Origin: Halocafeteria seosinensis
Taxonomy: Eukaryota
Assembly (NCBI GenBank): GCA_001687465.1
Contig: LVLI01000305.1
Coordinates: 1 to 64,000 of the forward strand
Direction of reading: 5' to 3'
DNA length: 64,000 nt
In this document: piece after piece, positions 38,560 to 50,826 of the stretch
How the letters are laid out: every line of letters starts with the position of its first letter
Numbering within the stretch: the stretch's first letter is position 1
Position numbers and translations under genes: made by a program
Notes under the pieces: model-generated
What the model saw: the letters and a program-made list of their open reading frames with translations, nothing else
Database searches by the model: none
Told to the model about the DNA's origin: nothing

Positions 38560-40450
38560 CTATCTTTTGCGACGGGAACGCCTCTTGGAATTGGAGGTGG
38601 TTCCTTCGGCAATGTGGACGCTGCCGCCCTTTATGTCCTCTCTCAGTTCTTCATTTGTTGCTTCGACCTTGTTCTGAGCCTCCAGTGAAAACATAAGGTC
38701 TCTCACCTGGACAAAGAATTATTCAATTAGACATATATAAGCGAAAGGCGTAGCAATAGATTCTACAGGTCACACGTACCTGCTCCTTCAGGTCGGCGAT
38801 TTCTTCATCTTTTTGTTTCTGACGGGAAGCAGCGTCCTGTTTTATAGTTTGCAACTGTTTTTCCCAATGCTTTTGATTCTTTTCCAATGAGCTGTTGATC
38901 TCCCTTAGAAAGTCTAGCTCCTCTGTATAGGACTTCACCGACTGTTGAAGCTGCTTCACCTTAGACTGGCTTTGTCTTAGCGACTTGCGGAGACTTTCCG
39001 TCTCTTCTTTAAGTCTTATGTTCTCTTCCTGGGCTTCCTCCAGTTTGGACACAGTCTCCAAGTCCCTATTCTTTTCCACTTCAGCTATTTTCTTTTCATA
39101 GTAGTCTCTCTGAACCTCTAATTGGCTAGTCAACAACGCGTTGTATTCAGCGCTGAGTGCATCCATTTTAAAGAGCGATGCATCGTCTTGAGTGACATCT
39201 GTGGCAGGCCCTTGATGACTGCGCGCCAAACCATTACCACCGGTACCGGCAGCTCCCGAAGTGTCATTTTGCGAAGATTGTGTCACGTATGTAGGCTTTC
39301 CACAATGAGCGCAATATACAGCTGAGTTAGGGTCTGGTAGCTCGACAATTTTGCCATCAGTTTTGTTTTGGATCAAACGATGGACGTATCCATCCCCTGC
39401 ATAGTCCCAAACACGTTGCGTAGCAAGTTCCATAGCGTAAGCGTGGCCTGATTCGCGAAAATGCTGAACTGCATGCATCCGGTTATATCTACCACAACCT
39501 ACGTGTCCACAAACAATGCACATCCATACGTCTTGTGCCTCGCAAACTTCGCATAAGGGTCGGTTGCTCTCCCCATCGTCCATTACATAACGACAAACAG
39601 GGCAGCTTGAGTCTTTCCACTTGGAAAGACACAGCCGGTGAAAGCTGTGGTTACACATAGTGGTTATCAAACCAGAGACGGAAGCATCCAGTCGTTCGAG
39701 GCACACCGGACATGTTGGTAACTCCCTAGTATCGTCAACGCTATGCTCTTCTTCATTAGGCCCACTTGAAGTGTTGGCGGCCCCTTCATTGCCATGCTTG
39801 AGGAAGCCTTCAGCATCCAGAGTGAACGATCCCGATTGGCTGTCTTCCACTAGTATGCTGGAGACTTGCACCACAAAACATACCTCAGTGCCTAGCGAAG
39901 TAAACTGCCGTCCATTCTGATAGTTGTAGAATTTCCATGCCGAGTTCTTGTCGCAGAAACGCAAGACGACAGAATACCATGAAGGTTCCGTGTCCTTGAG
40001 AAACCTGAGATGTTCAATGTGCTGAATATGGTGACCACAGAAATTCAAGAAGTCTCGGGCACTTAGGCGAATAGGAACTGCCAGTACTGCGAGAGTTCGT
40101 GAGTTCTGCTGTTCCAGAACAGGTCCAGGAGATCTGAAAAATCGCAGTTTACCACATATCATCTCTGTGGTGCTCCCACAAGTGAATTCATGCAGCTCTG
40201 GCTCTGTATCGTGTCTTGTTGAAGCTGTGGTACTTGTAATATCAGTACTACCACTAGCAGCAGCCGCTGCAGACGGCACTGACGAAGAGGCAGCTTCCGA
40301 TACTGTGGTGGTGTAGTCCTCCGATGTTGACGTTGTATTGCTGATACCATTAAGAACCTCATTGGAAGCATTCGACGCAATGTCTTCTGTTCGTCCCAGC
40401 ACTTCCTCCGAGGAGAAAGGAGACGCATTCGTTATGCGAATGTGATACAT
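38560..40450 (-). CDS. BRAP: BRCA1-associated protein 2 / ETP1 E3 ligase (BRAP2 domain, RING, UBP zinc finger, coiled coil)
   Basis: ELPTCPVCLERLD...CNHSFH...CPVCRY; WMCIVCGHVGCGRY...QRVWDYAGDGYVHRL; last exon VRDLMFSLEAQ...SRRKR* ends at 38560. Confidence 0.93.
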
Positions 40451-40817
40451 GGCTTGGAATTTCACCTAGCCATGCTCTAGTAGTAAAAATTAGCACAGAA
40501 TCGTCACACAATAACCCTATGCAAGCTCTTAAACTTCCCCTTTTTTCCAGCCTTGAAGATTGAAATTCCTTGAAGTTGATACTTCAACGAGACAATCATT
40601 GCTGGCACTCTTTTCGAGGCGCAACTATGGTAGCGTCTCTTGCGTTTTCGGAGAAGTACATACAGAAAGCGCGCATCGTTTGTTCGGAAGGGTGTTTCCT
40701 GTTCCTTGCGCAGACCCAAGCAGAAGGTCAGAGGGGTTGCATAGTAGCGTAGTAAACGATTTCTTAGCCGGTGCGAGATCCGTATCCTGTAATCTTGCCC
40801 CCGAGTACACAAAGGCA

Positions 40818-43787
40818 ATGAGAATTAAGACGGCATTAGGAATTCCTCTTTTCTTTGGAGCCCTTGTATTGCTCTTGAGTTCCTCTGTTGCATTGGATGG
40901 TAAGTGTGTTAAATGGCTTCATTTGCCCCCGTGAGTGGATGGGAAAGAACCAAGGAAGAAATTCTTCTGTTTTCCCTCATTCCCCTTCTTTGTGTCTTTA
41001 TGGTGGAAGCTATTTGGCCATAGCAAGCAGGACAGTTTCCGTACATGTTGCAATATTGTATACTCTAGTGGATCGAGTTGTTCGATTTGGATTAAAGGCC
41101 GCCCGTATGAGGATGAAAGGAGGGGCAACCTATGGAACAATGGAACTTTGGCGGGGGGCCACGTGTCGCCTTTTGCGTATCCAACGAACACAGGATGGGG
41201 CCTTTGTTGACGCTTAGAAGGGTCCAGGAAAGGGGAAAAATGTGTTGTTTAGCCTCTTCAGTCGCTATACCAGGTATCTGCGGCTTTTCAATACCGTTAT
41301 CCTGGCACGTAATAGAGGCGATATTGACTTGTGTCACTGGTTTTGATTAGACTACCTACCTCTAGTCTTTGTATGAAGCATTGGCTCTACATTCACGATG
41401 CTATCAACTTTTGTTTTTATTGCGTTGAATTCTATGCTGTGCTATGTATCACAGGTGTCCACGCGGCGGAAGACGCCACAGATGCCGAGTACGTACCAGC
41501 TAGTTCACACGGATAGCTCATGATTCCGCGATCATTTTTATTTTGTCTATTGATTTTCAGGGAAGATGAGTCCGTGGAAACCTTTGAGTTCCAAGCGGAG
41601 GTCTCGCGATTGATGGACATTATCATCAACTCACTTTATACAAAAAGAGAAATCTTCCTCAGGGAGGTGATTTCGAACGCAGCTGATGCACTGGACAAGA
41701 TTCGATTCTTGTCCTTGCAGGATGAAAGCGTCTTAGGGGAAGGCGAAAACCGAGACCTGGAAGTTCGCGTTAGCTTTGATAAGGATGACCGAACTCTCAC
41801 GATCCGTGATCGAGGAATTGGTATGACAAAAGAGGATCTAATCCAAAACCTCGGTACTGTGGCTAAGTCTGGAACTGCCTCCTTCGTAGAGTCTCTGGCG
41901 AGTGGTGGTGATATGAGTCAGATTGGTCAGTTCGGTGTAGGGTTTTACTCGGTGTACTTGGTCGCCGACAAGGTGACCGTAAGGTCCAAGCACAGTGACG
42001 ACAAGCAACATGTATGGGAATCTGCTGCGGATGGGACGTTTACTGTCTACGAAGACGACGAAGGGGAAAGTTTAGGTCGAGGTACTGAAATTACTCTGCA
42101 ACTGAAAGACGATGCCAAGGAATTCATTGATCAGAAGAAGTTGGAAAAACTAATCAAGCGTTACTCTGAATTCATCAATTTCCCGATCTACTTGCGCAAA
42201 GAGCGTACAGAATACCGTGAAGTTGCCGACGAAGAGTCATCAGAAGAAAAATCCAAAGACGAGGATGATGTCCAGGTAGAAGATGAAGAGGAGGACAAGG
42301 AGAAAGAAAAGAAAAAGGAAGAAGTAACCGTAACCGAATGGGTTCTGGTCAACGATCAACCTGCGATTTGGACTAGAAGCAAGGATGAGATTACTGAAGA
42401 TGAGTACAAGAGCTTTTACAAGAGTATCTCTAGAGACAGCGAGGATCCTTTGACTTGGATCCATTTTAAGGCTGAGGGTGAAATCGAATTCCGTTCCATT
42501 CTATACGTTCCAAATACCGCGCCCCCGGATTTATATGAAAATTACTACGGAAAGAGTACTTCTTTGAGACTATACGTCCGCAAAGTACTTATTTCTGATG
42601 AATTTGAAGACTTAATGCCTCGATACTTGAGTTTCATCAAGGGAATGGTAGACAGCGATGATCTCCCTCTAAACGTTAGTCGAGAGACACTCCAGCAAAA
42701 TAGAGTTATCAAGGCGATTAAGAAGAAACTCGTACGCAAGGCATTGGAAATGCTCCGTAAACTTGCGGAATCCGATGACAAAGACGATGACGAAAAGGAA
42801 GAGGAGGAAGAAGAAGACGACGAGGAAGAAAGCAAGCAACCCAGCAAATATATTCGATTTTGGAAGCAGTTCGGCAAGAGCATTAAATTGGGTCTCATGG
42901 AAGATACAAGCAACAAATCCAAGTTATCGAAATTACTTAGATATAAGAGCACGAAGACAGTTGAAAAGGGAGAGAATGTTTACACCAGCTTTGATGAGTA
43001 CATTAAGAATATGAAGTCGTGGCAGCAGGATATTTACTACATTGCTGGTGAGAGTATTGATGCAGTCAAGAACTCTCCCTTCCTTGAGAGATTCCGCGCT
43101 AAAGATGTGGAAGTGCTTTACATGACTGATCCTCTCGACGAGTATTCTCTGCAGCATCTCCAGGAATACGAAGGACACCGGCTTCAAAGCGTTACCAAAG
43201 AAGGTCTTAAATTCGGAGACGAAGAAAAGAAGGACAAAAAGCGTTTAGAAATGTACAAGGAAAACTTTGAGCCTTTGACTGATTACTTAAAGGATGAGCT
43301 ATCTGATCAGGTCGAAAAGGTTACCGTAACCAACAGGCTTGCCGAAACGCCCGCCATTTTGGTCACCTCCCAATACGGTTATTCGGCAAATATGGAAAGA
43401 ATCCTTAAGAGTCAAACTCTTTCGGACCCAGAAAAGGCCAAGTTTATGATGGGTAAGAAAATCTTGGAGATTAACCCACGCCATCCCATTGTAACTAGCC
43501 TGAAAGAGAAGGTACAAGCCGGAGAAAAGGACAAGGAAACGCAAGACATGGTACATGTCCTCTACGACACCGCGCTTCTCAATTCTGGATTCTCTATGGA
43601 GCAACCAGAAACTTTCGCGAGCAGGATGTACCGCGTTATGCAACGATCTCTGAAACTGGACTCGTTGGAATTGGATCCCGAAATTGAAGTACCACAGGAG
43701 GAATTAGAGGAGGAAGAGGAAGAATCTAGTGAGCAGTCGCTAGATGAGGATGATGAAGATTTCGACGAGGAGAAAGAAGAACTGTAA
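40818..43787 (+). CDS. HSP90B1: Endoplasmin / GRP94 (ER HSP90)
   Basis: Signal peptide exon MRIKTALGIPLFFGALVLLLSSSVALD; FEFQAEVSRLMDIIINSLY; NLGTVAKSGT; IGQFGVGFYS; C-terminal KEEL ER-retention signal. Confidence 0.96.
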
Positions 43788-43865
43788 ACATCCAATATAG
43801 AACTGTAGACTGAAGTTTCACAAATGTAAATATTACTCTGTGATACTTCTTCGGCTGTGTCATTC

Positions 43866-44861
43866 TTAGCATCGTTTCACACTGTAAGTCTCAAGCGGAT
43901 ATTTCACAGCATTCTGTTCGTCCATCATGGTTAACGGACGTAAATCCGTGAAAACTATCACGTGCTGACAGTCTCCGCTGTGCCTGTAGATATAGTGTGC
44001 TCCTCGGGAGACCTGGACGTCTCCGAACGTAGCGGCGTTCATCGGTTTCCTCTTCCCACCTATCCTTTCCGGGGACAACATGCCACAACTTCCTGATGCT
44101 TGACCAGAGCCAGCGCTGTTATAGTCTTCATAACAAATTCCATTTATATAAAAGCAGCTGCCCTCACCACTTCCTGCTTCATTGTTTCGTGAACAGCGGA
44201 TTATTCGCGGTAATACTGATAGCGATTGAGTGGCAAGAAGCAACAACTCTTGCTTCTTTTTCGCGTCCTGAAAATGATAGACCGCAGCCCTTAATACCGT
44301 ATCATCTTCGTTCACCGGCATGAATGCAGTTTCCGTGTCGTCCGGCAGAGGTGGATGCAGAGGAATATGTCGTTTGCTTCTCTTGGCATGTGGCCACGTC
44401 TGTTTTAATTTCTCCTCTAAAGTCCTTGTATCGTTTGAGGTACCTCGATCCCCTCTAAAACAACCCAAGTGATTCACTGAGGAAGGACTACTCATTATTT
44501 CATCTTCTATCTCTGCACAATCGATCACAAAGACCACAGTGGCTACAAGGTTAATGTACATATTTAAAGGTTTCCACGTACCACCCTTGTCTGGTCGCGT
44601 AAAGGCGGTTTTTCTGTGTTTGGCATGGTGTTTCGGAAATTCCGGAGTGCATCTTTCGTTATTGGTACTGTCATGTCCAAGGGGTCTGATGGGGCCCTTC
44701 TCCATCAAGGTGTCCCAAGGTTCCAAACTGCGTTTCCCGGGAGCGCGTCTGTCAAGTGCAATGGCGCCCTCTTGCAAGCGCACCAGTTCATCTCCTTGCT
44801 CAACCTGCTGGTTCCCATACACGAACATGTTGGGAGAAATACCTCTGTATAGCCTATCCAT
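43866..44861 (-). CDS. SNAPC3: snRNA-activating protein complex subunit 3 (SNAP50)-like
   Basis: QELLLLATQSLS...GSCFYINGICYED...FGDVQVSRGAHYIYRHSGDCQHVIVFTDLR...YP matches the SNAP50 core; probable internal introns; start uncertain. Confidence 0.7.
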   Translation of the reverse strand: MDRLYRGISPNMFVYGNQQVEQGDELVRLQEGAIALDRRAPGKRSLEPWDTLMEKGPIRPLGHDSTNNERCTPEFPKHHAKHRKTAFTRPDKGGTWKPLNMYINLVATVVFVIDCAEIEDEIMSSPSSVNHLGCFRGDRGTSNDTRTLEEKLKQTWPHAKRSKRHIPLHPPLPDDTETAFMPVNEDDTVLRAAVYHFQDAKKKQELLLLATQSLSVLPRIIRCSRNNEAGSGEGSCFYINGICYEDYNSAGSGQASGSCGMLSPERIGGKRKPMNAATFGDVQVSRGAHYIYRHSGDCQHVIVFTDLRPLTMMDEQNAVKYPLETYSVKRC

Positions 44862-45383
44862 GGCTGTGATGCTCTGTATGTCCCTCTATAAAAGTCGTCT
44901 CGGGACAGCCATATTTGATGTCCCCCACGTCACTTTTGGCGGGGCGTTCCTTTCCTCTCAGCGATAAATACTACAAACACTCAATAGAGCAGCTTTTCGA
45001 TCATATTCGGGTTCGTGAACAATTCCACTGTGCATTTCATTCATTAGCTTGTCCCTGACAAGTCGTCAGTGATGTATGTACGTGTCAACTTCAACTTGAG
45101 AGGGACTTTTGAAGTTGGGTTTGAAACTTTGAACGAAGCAGTTGGATACATGATATTTTCCAAATTTCTAAATGACCAAAACGAAACTATGTGGACGACG
45201 AGGAGGATAAAACGAGAAACTAACAAACACACAAAATTACCCTCAAGAAGAAGAAGGTATAACAGTCTGGAGTAATGCGTTCGGTTGCAACTACAAGTTT
45301 GTAGTACCAGTAGAGTTGGTATGGCGAGCGTACATTAGTGATCAAGCAAGTAGAACCAAATTCCATCCACTTACCAAGCCGGA

Positions 45384-48300
45384 CTACGCAGTCGACGTAC
45401 CTCGGCGGCGCATTCGCTGACTTATTGTCTTATGGAGTTTGGGGGAGTACGAAATGTGACGGAAAAAAGCATCCCAGAGAAATTTCCGTTTCCACCCGTT
45501 GTGGGAACCAGAGATTTGTTCATACTCATCAAATAAGACTAACAATCGTTGTAAAAACTTCCGTTGATACACACAGTAGAGATGCTCTCCAACCATTTGT
45601 GAAGCGACTGGGTTTTGTCTCCGCTTCTTCGTACTACGCACGATGCGTCTCTGGAGTTCGTATGCGTACTCAATTTGCTCATCTGTCGCTTTCACCGCCC
45701 GCTGCAAGTCCTTACGGCGCACTGCCGAATGTCTGGCGCTTTCATAGACTTTGCCTACGCGGGATCTCATGGTGCGGCGGAAGCGTTCTCCGTAATCTCT
45801 TAAGGCGTTCTCATAGGTCGTCTCAGCATTATTGCGCAATGTGCATAACTTGCGCCTGGTTTCATTACGTACATTTTCCAGTTTCGCACCATAAAAAGCA
45901 CGGTACTCTTCAGCAATAGATTCATGTAGTCTACCCGGACGGTCCGTCCAATCCTTCCTGTTAAACCTTCCAACGAGCTGCTCTCCCTCATCAAGGGAAA
46001 TACCGACCGGAAGACGGGGGTGCTGTGAATTCATCGTGTCCCGAACGATTTTCAGATCTTTCTCCAGTTTACACTTCATCTCCTCAGTTCGGTTGGCAGT
46101 GACATGCGCTTCTTTCAAACGCTGTTCGACCGCAGCGCGATGGAGTCTGGCGGACTCCAAACGGTCCAACACACCGGACAGGGCGCTCTCAGATAACCTG
46201 TTTTGACTCTTTGACCATGCTTCACAAGTAGACCGACTCGAAGCCCATTCTTCGTCATCGTAGTATTGATTGAGTCCTTGTTCCATACTTTCTATCTCTT
46301 CCCAGAGGCCAGCTATAATCGACTGCATTCTACCGGAACCAATTTCAAGTTCTGCCGCCATACTTCTTCTGCTACTTTCCCCAATAGCTTCCTCCAGCCT
46401 TATGGAAGCATCTCGAACCTGCTCGCGAAGTGTATTTACTACTGTTTGTTCAAGTTCCACCCACTGATGAAGCGTCCTCAAGTCTGCTTCTCCAAACTGA
46501 GTAGAGGGAGAAACACTGTCAGCATACATCGATGTGGGGCCGATGAACGCTCGGAGTGAGGCCATATGTCTCCACTTTCCCATCAATTTCTGCAGCTTTC
46601 TGCTGTCAACTTCCCTTATCCCTAAATTAACCCTATTTGGACGAACCTTGGGAGAGCGTCTCAGACACAAGGTGCCCAGGCGAAGCTTCTCGAAATCTAC
46701 CTCCTCGATTCCACCTATAATAATTTTTCCAATTGATTCACTCTGCTGTTTATACAGGGCTAAGTCAGATCGAGTTGTGCACAGCTTGAGTAAATAGCAG
46801 AAACAAAGTTGTTGCAGAAGGGAAGGAAACCACTCCTCGGTAGGGTACTTTTTCAGAGTGTGAAGGCCCAAACGGTATGACACTGATGGCACTGATGACC
46901 ACATGTCTATGAAAACTTTAGCGACCTCATCCTGAAACTGAATTAACGATTTTTCGAGCTCACTATTTACACGCTGCAAAGCTTCAAATTGTCGCAGTCG
47001 CTGGTCAGGGTTCATCAGAGCAATTACAGTACTCTCAGGGATTCGCGGCCACTCTGCTCTTCGATCGTCTTCCATACTATGTTTAACAGATCTCAGCTTC
47101 TTAGCAAGTTTGTTTAGTTGATCAACGTCCCCTTGCTGTTCCTTTCCGCTCAGGGACTCATCCGCAGTCAGCCTCCCACTGACCAATGCCTTCGCTTTGG
47201 GCAGGCTGTTCACAGGTTCCGCGGTTGAATTCGGAGGAAGCCCGTGTGTGACACCAGTGTTACCTGCGTTCTCAGGAGGCCTATCACTGGAAGTAGTGAC
47301 GCTGTAATGTGTTCCTGGCAAAGAAGGAGATTCAGCAGGAGATGTTGCAGATGGAGTAGAGGTTATTCTTGTTGCAACGCCCTCAACCTTCCTACTTGCG
47401 TGCTCATTATTTTCCGAGATCGTGACTGCCCGAGATTCTTGATCCTCATCCTCCGACTCACTTCCCTCTGCTACGGCATCAAGTCGCGTATGTGAATGTT
47501 TTGAGTTGCTGGCGACGTCAGTAGAGCCCTCGGGATTGGAGTATATGCTTCTAGCTTCAGTCACAGGCAGAGATGAAGCAGGCATCGCACATGAAGAAAT
47601 GCTACCATACTCGGTATTACTTGGAGCCTGTTCGTATTCGGCGGAACTGGCCGTTAAACTGTATTGTTCCTGGCCTTCCTTTGCGTTTAAAGCCTTCAAC
47701 AGGTGTTCTGGAGGTTCTCCTAGCTCATCCAGTGATGGTAGCTCGGGAAGAGGCGGTGGCTCCTCCACAGCCATTGCCTTTTCCGCAGATAAGGAAGTAT
47801 TCGAAGGGGGTTCCTCCTTATCTGAGCCCCGGCCACTCTTTTTTCCAGAAGCACGCATCCTAAGTCTCTGGAAGATAGACCCTTGCTTCCTGCTCTTCGT
47901 TGGCTTCTCTTCTACACGCAAGGACTTGCGTCCTAGGCCGAAGCGCTTGAAGATTCCCTTCTTGGATTCCTCGGAAGCTTCTTCCTCTCTTTGGGAAACC
48001 TCGCGAGAACTTGCCGATCGTGTGGCCACTATACTCTCTCCGGCAGAAGCAGTGTCAAGATCACCAGATGAAACCGAGCGACGCCCCCGTATAGAGCGGT
48101 GATGGAGATGCTGCTGTGCCGCTCCGTTCGTTGCAGGCTCAGAATGTTGGGGCTTCAAACCTGTTGGTGAATCATCTGTAAGAGCCCTTTAGTAAGGAAC
48201 AACGTCACGTAATACTCCCAATAATGTTACAAGCCTTACCTGTATCAATATCCGTCGATAACTGCAGACCAGCATAACTAAAAGACATAAACAACAGCAT

Positions 48301-49652
48301 TCGCGGCTTCTTGACGGCAACATGCGTACCTCATTCGTTGTTATGGAGGTCTTAGGGGTGTCGCTTGTATTATCTATACTCTCTGATCGGCTACTAAGGG
48401 ACATGGCAGGAATAGGTCGTCTCGCCATTTCAATAGTATTCTGTGCTCCCGAAGTTGCTTCGGCTCGATTATTAGCTTCCACTTCATTGCCAGTCATTCT
48501 CCCGTTTCCACTGTGCTCCGACGACGACGCTGAGGTGAAAGTGACAGTACTTTCGTTACTTGCATCGACATCAGCTGAACCGACGATGCTAGCCATAGTA
48601 GAATGGGGAGTCCTATCGCTTCTGTCACGTTCTCTCGCGGGTGTAGACGTGTCACTGACAACAGTAGCTGGAGATGCTACAGATTCCGTATTGCTCATGG
48701 ATTCTGTTGGGTCACCTACCTTCCTACCATTGCCAAATTTTGGCTCTGAACGCGCGCTCGTAACGGTACTGGCCGACTCTTCATTAAGAGAAATTATAGG
48801 CACTGTTGGAAGTACTTGGTTTTCAGCGGTCTGGTCTTGTCGTTCGCGGTGAGAATGCACTTGCTCACCTGTGTTCTTTGACAAATACGCTTTTGAAACC
48901 TGCTCCTTCGACTCATAGCTAGTCGCATCTCGCTTTGAGGTTTCCCTCTTCTCGCCTACGGTGGATGTTACAACCTGAGCGCTATCGCGCGTCGTGTTCT
49001 GCCCCTTTATTCCCGCTGTATCCTTCGTCACGTCTGCGTTGTCGCTCTTCCCTGACCTATGCTGCTTTGAGGTACTTGTACTGGCCATGTTGTTGTTACT
49101 GTCATTATCCCTCATCACGGCTATGGATGATGTACCCAATACTGTGGATGAGTTCGTATGCGTTTTGCTCTGATTGACCGACTTAGCATCGGTTCCCGCT
49201 GCCACTGGCCCATCCTCGTCAGATTCCGTGATTGTCTTGCGAGGGGGTGGTTTCTTCGCCGGTGGAGGCGGCTTCTTTTTCCCTTTCTTAGGTTTGTTCC
49301 CTGGTGGAGAAGCTTCTTTAGAAGGTGGCGGCTTCTTCGGAGGAGGAGGTTTTGGGGAACCCTCCATCGATTCACTCTTAGATTCTGCTGGCTTGGGTGG
49401 CTTTGCAGAGCGCGGTTTCTGTGGTCGTTTAGTAGGCGTGGATGGAGACGACGCATCTCCTTTTGCAGCAGCACTTCCCTTTAGTGAATGCTTCGATTCT
49501 GGTTGATCACCTGGGTTGTGTGTTGACGAGGCAGGAGCAGGGGGAGGTGGTGGCTTTTTACTCGGTGGCTTCGGTTTGGGACCTGGAGGAGGTGGTGGCC
49601 CCGAAGACACGCCACTAGAAGTCGCCCCACTGCTTTGTGTGGTGCCTGACAT
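45384..49652 (-). CDS. Large hypothetical protein (~1390 aa): Pro/Lys-rich N-terminus, Ser/Thr-rich disordered middle, coiled-coil C-terminus
   Basis: ORFs 48189-49661 and 45384-48158 join in frame via a ~22-nt micro-exon (~48240-48261) flanked by canonical splice sites. Confidence 0.7.
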
Positions 49653-50826
49653 CACTTTCACTCAGCAGTGACGGTCGCGATCTTGCTAAAACTCATGCTC
49701 ATTGGACGAGCAGCTAAACACAGTCAAGCTTTAGCAGATTCACACACATTGTACCCAGATAATCCTTTCACCAACGTGAGTACCCCCCTTACATTCAGAT
49801 AGGATGCTAGCAACTATCCACGCATCAATCCTTCCATGCAGTTTTTGCGTATAGAAACAGAGGCTCTGAGCAGTGCGCACACCTTCGAGGTTGAAGTTGC
49901 GTCCCGGACTCCCAGTTTGAAGAAAGCAAGATAGCGGACATCGACGGTGAGGGGTGGCCAACTGCAAACTTGCGAATCAAGTTGCGAGGAAAAGAAAATT
50001 ATTCTCTTATTCTATCTGGACATTTTTGTTACTATTAAAGCAGTGTAAAGGGGTTCGGCATCGTCGGTTGTTCGGTACAAGTGGACATGATGAGACTGGA
50101 GACAATCCGTTCGAGGCCTTTAGGAATCCTCGGCAGGCTAGGTAGGATGCGGAGTTACCTCTTGTGGGTGGGAGGACACTCTAGGTTATTCCGTGGCCCA
50201 GCTAGTACAATTTGTTGTACTGGAAGGTACTGTTGGGGTGGTAGAAACGCTGGAAGCAGCTGATACAGTGTACCCGGCGAGGATCAGAGCAACGTTCTGC
50301 AGGCTTAGGCTGTCTGTGACCACAACAACTGAACCCAGGTTACCAAGACGTCATATGGGCACAAACATCCTCTACAAAAAAAAAAAAGTGTCATAACTTC
50401 CGGTTAAGCGGCACTAGAACAATTCCAATTCCTCCGGCATCGAAAGATCGGTGCCGTCTCGACCGTGTGGCTCCTAAGAAGACATGTCCAAGTAACTCTC
50501 TTTCAAATGTCAAGGTATTGATAGTGACAATAAACTCTGAGTTACCCAGATGATGACGGTAATTATCATCTTGGGAATATTCGGTTAGGGTGAAGTAGAT
50601 GCAACCAGGTGGATAAGTTAGTGTGGCAACGGGCTCCCTGAGAAAACTTCAACAATAGAAACATGAACTAGTAGTTTTGTCCATCCTCCATTGAGCCACT
50701 AGTGTTGTACAAATAGTGGAAATATACGTTCTGGTAATTCCACTACCAAAGCAGCTATGCACGTAGCCGCTGAGCATGTTTCATTGCTGATCTCCGTCAA
50801 CGCGCCATAAGATTGGAAACGGAAGA

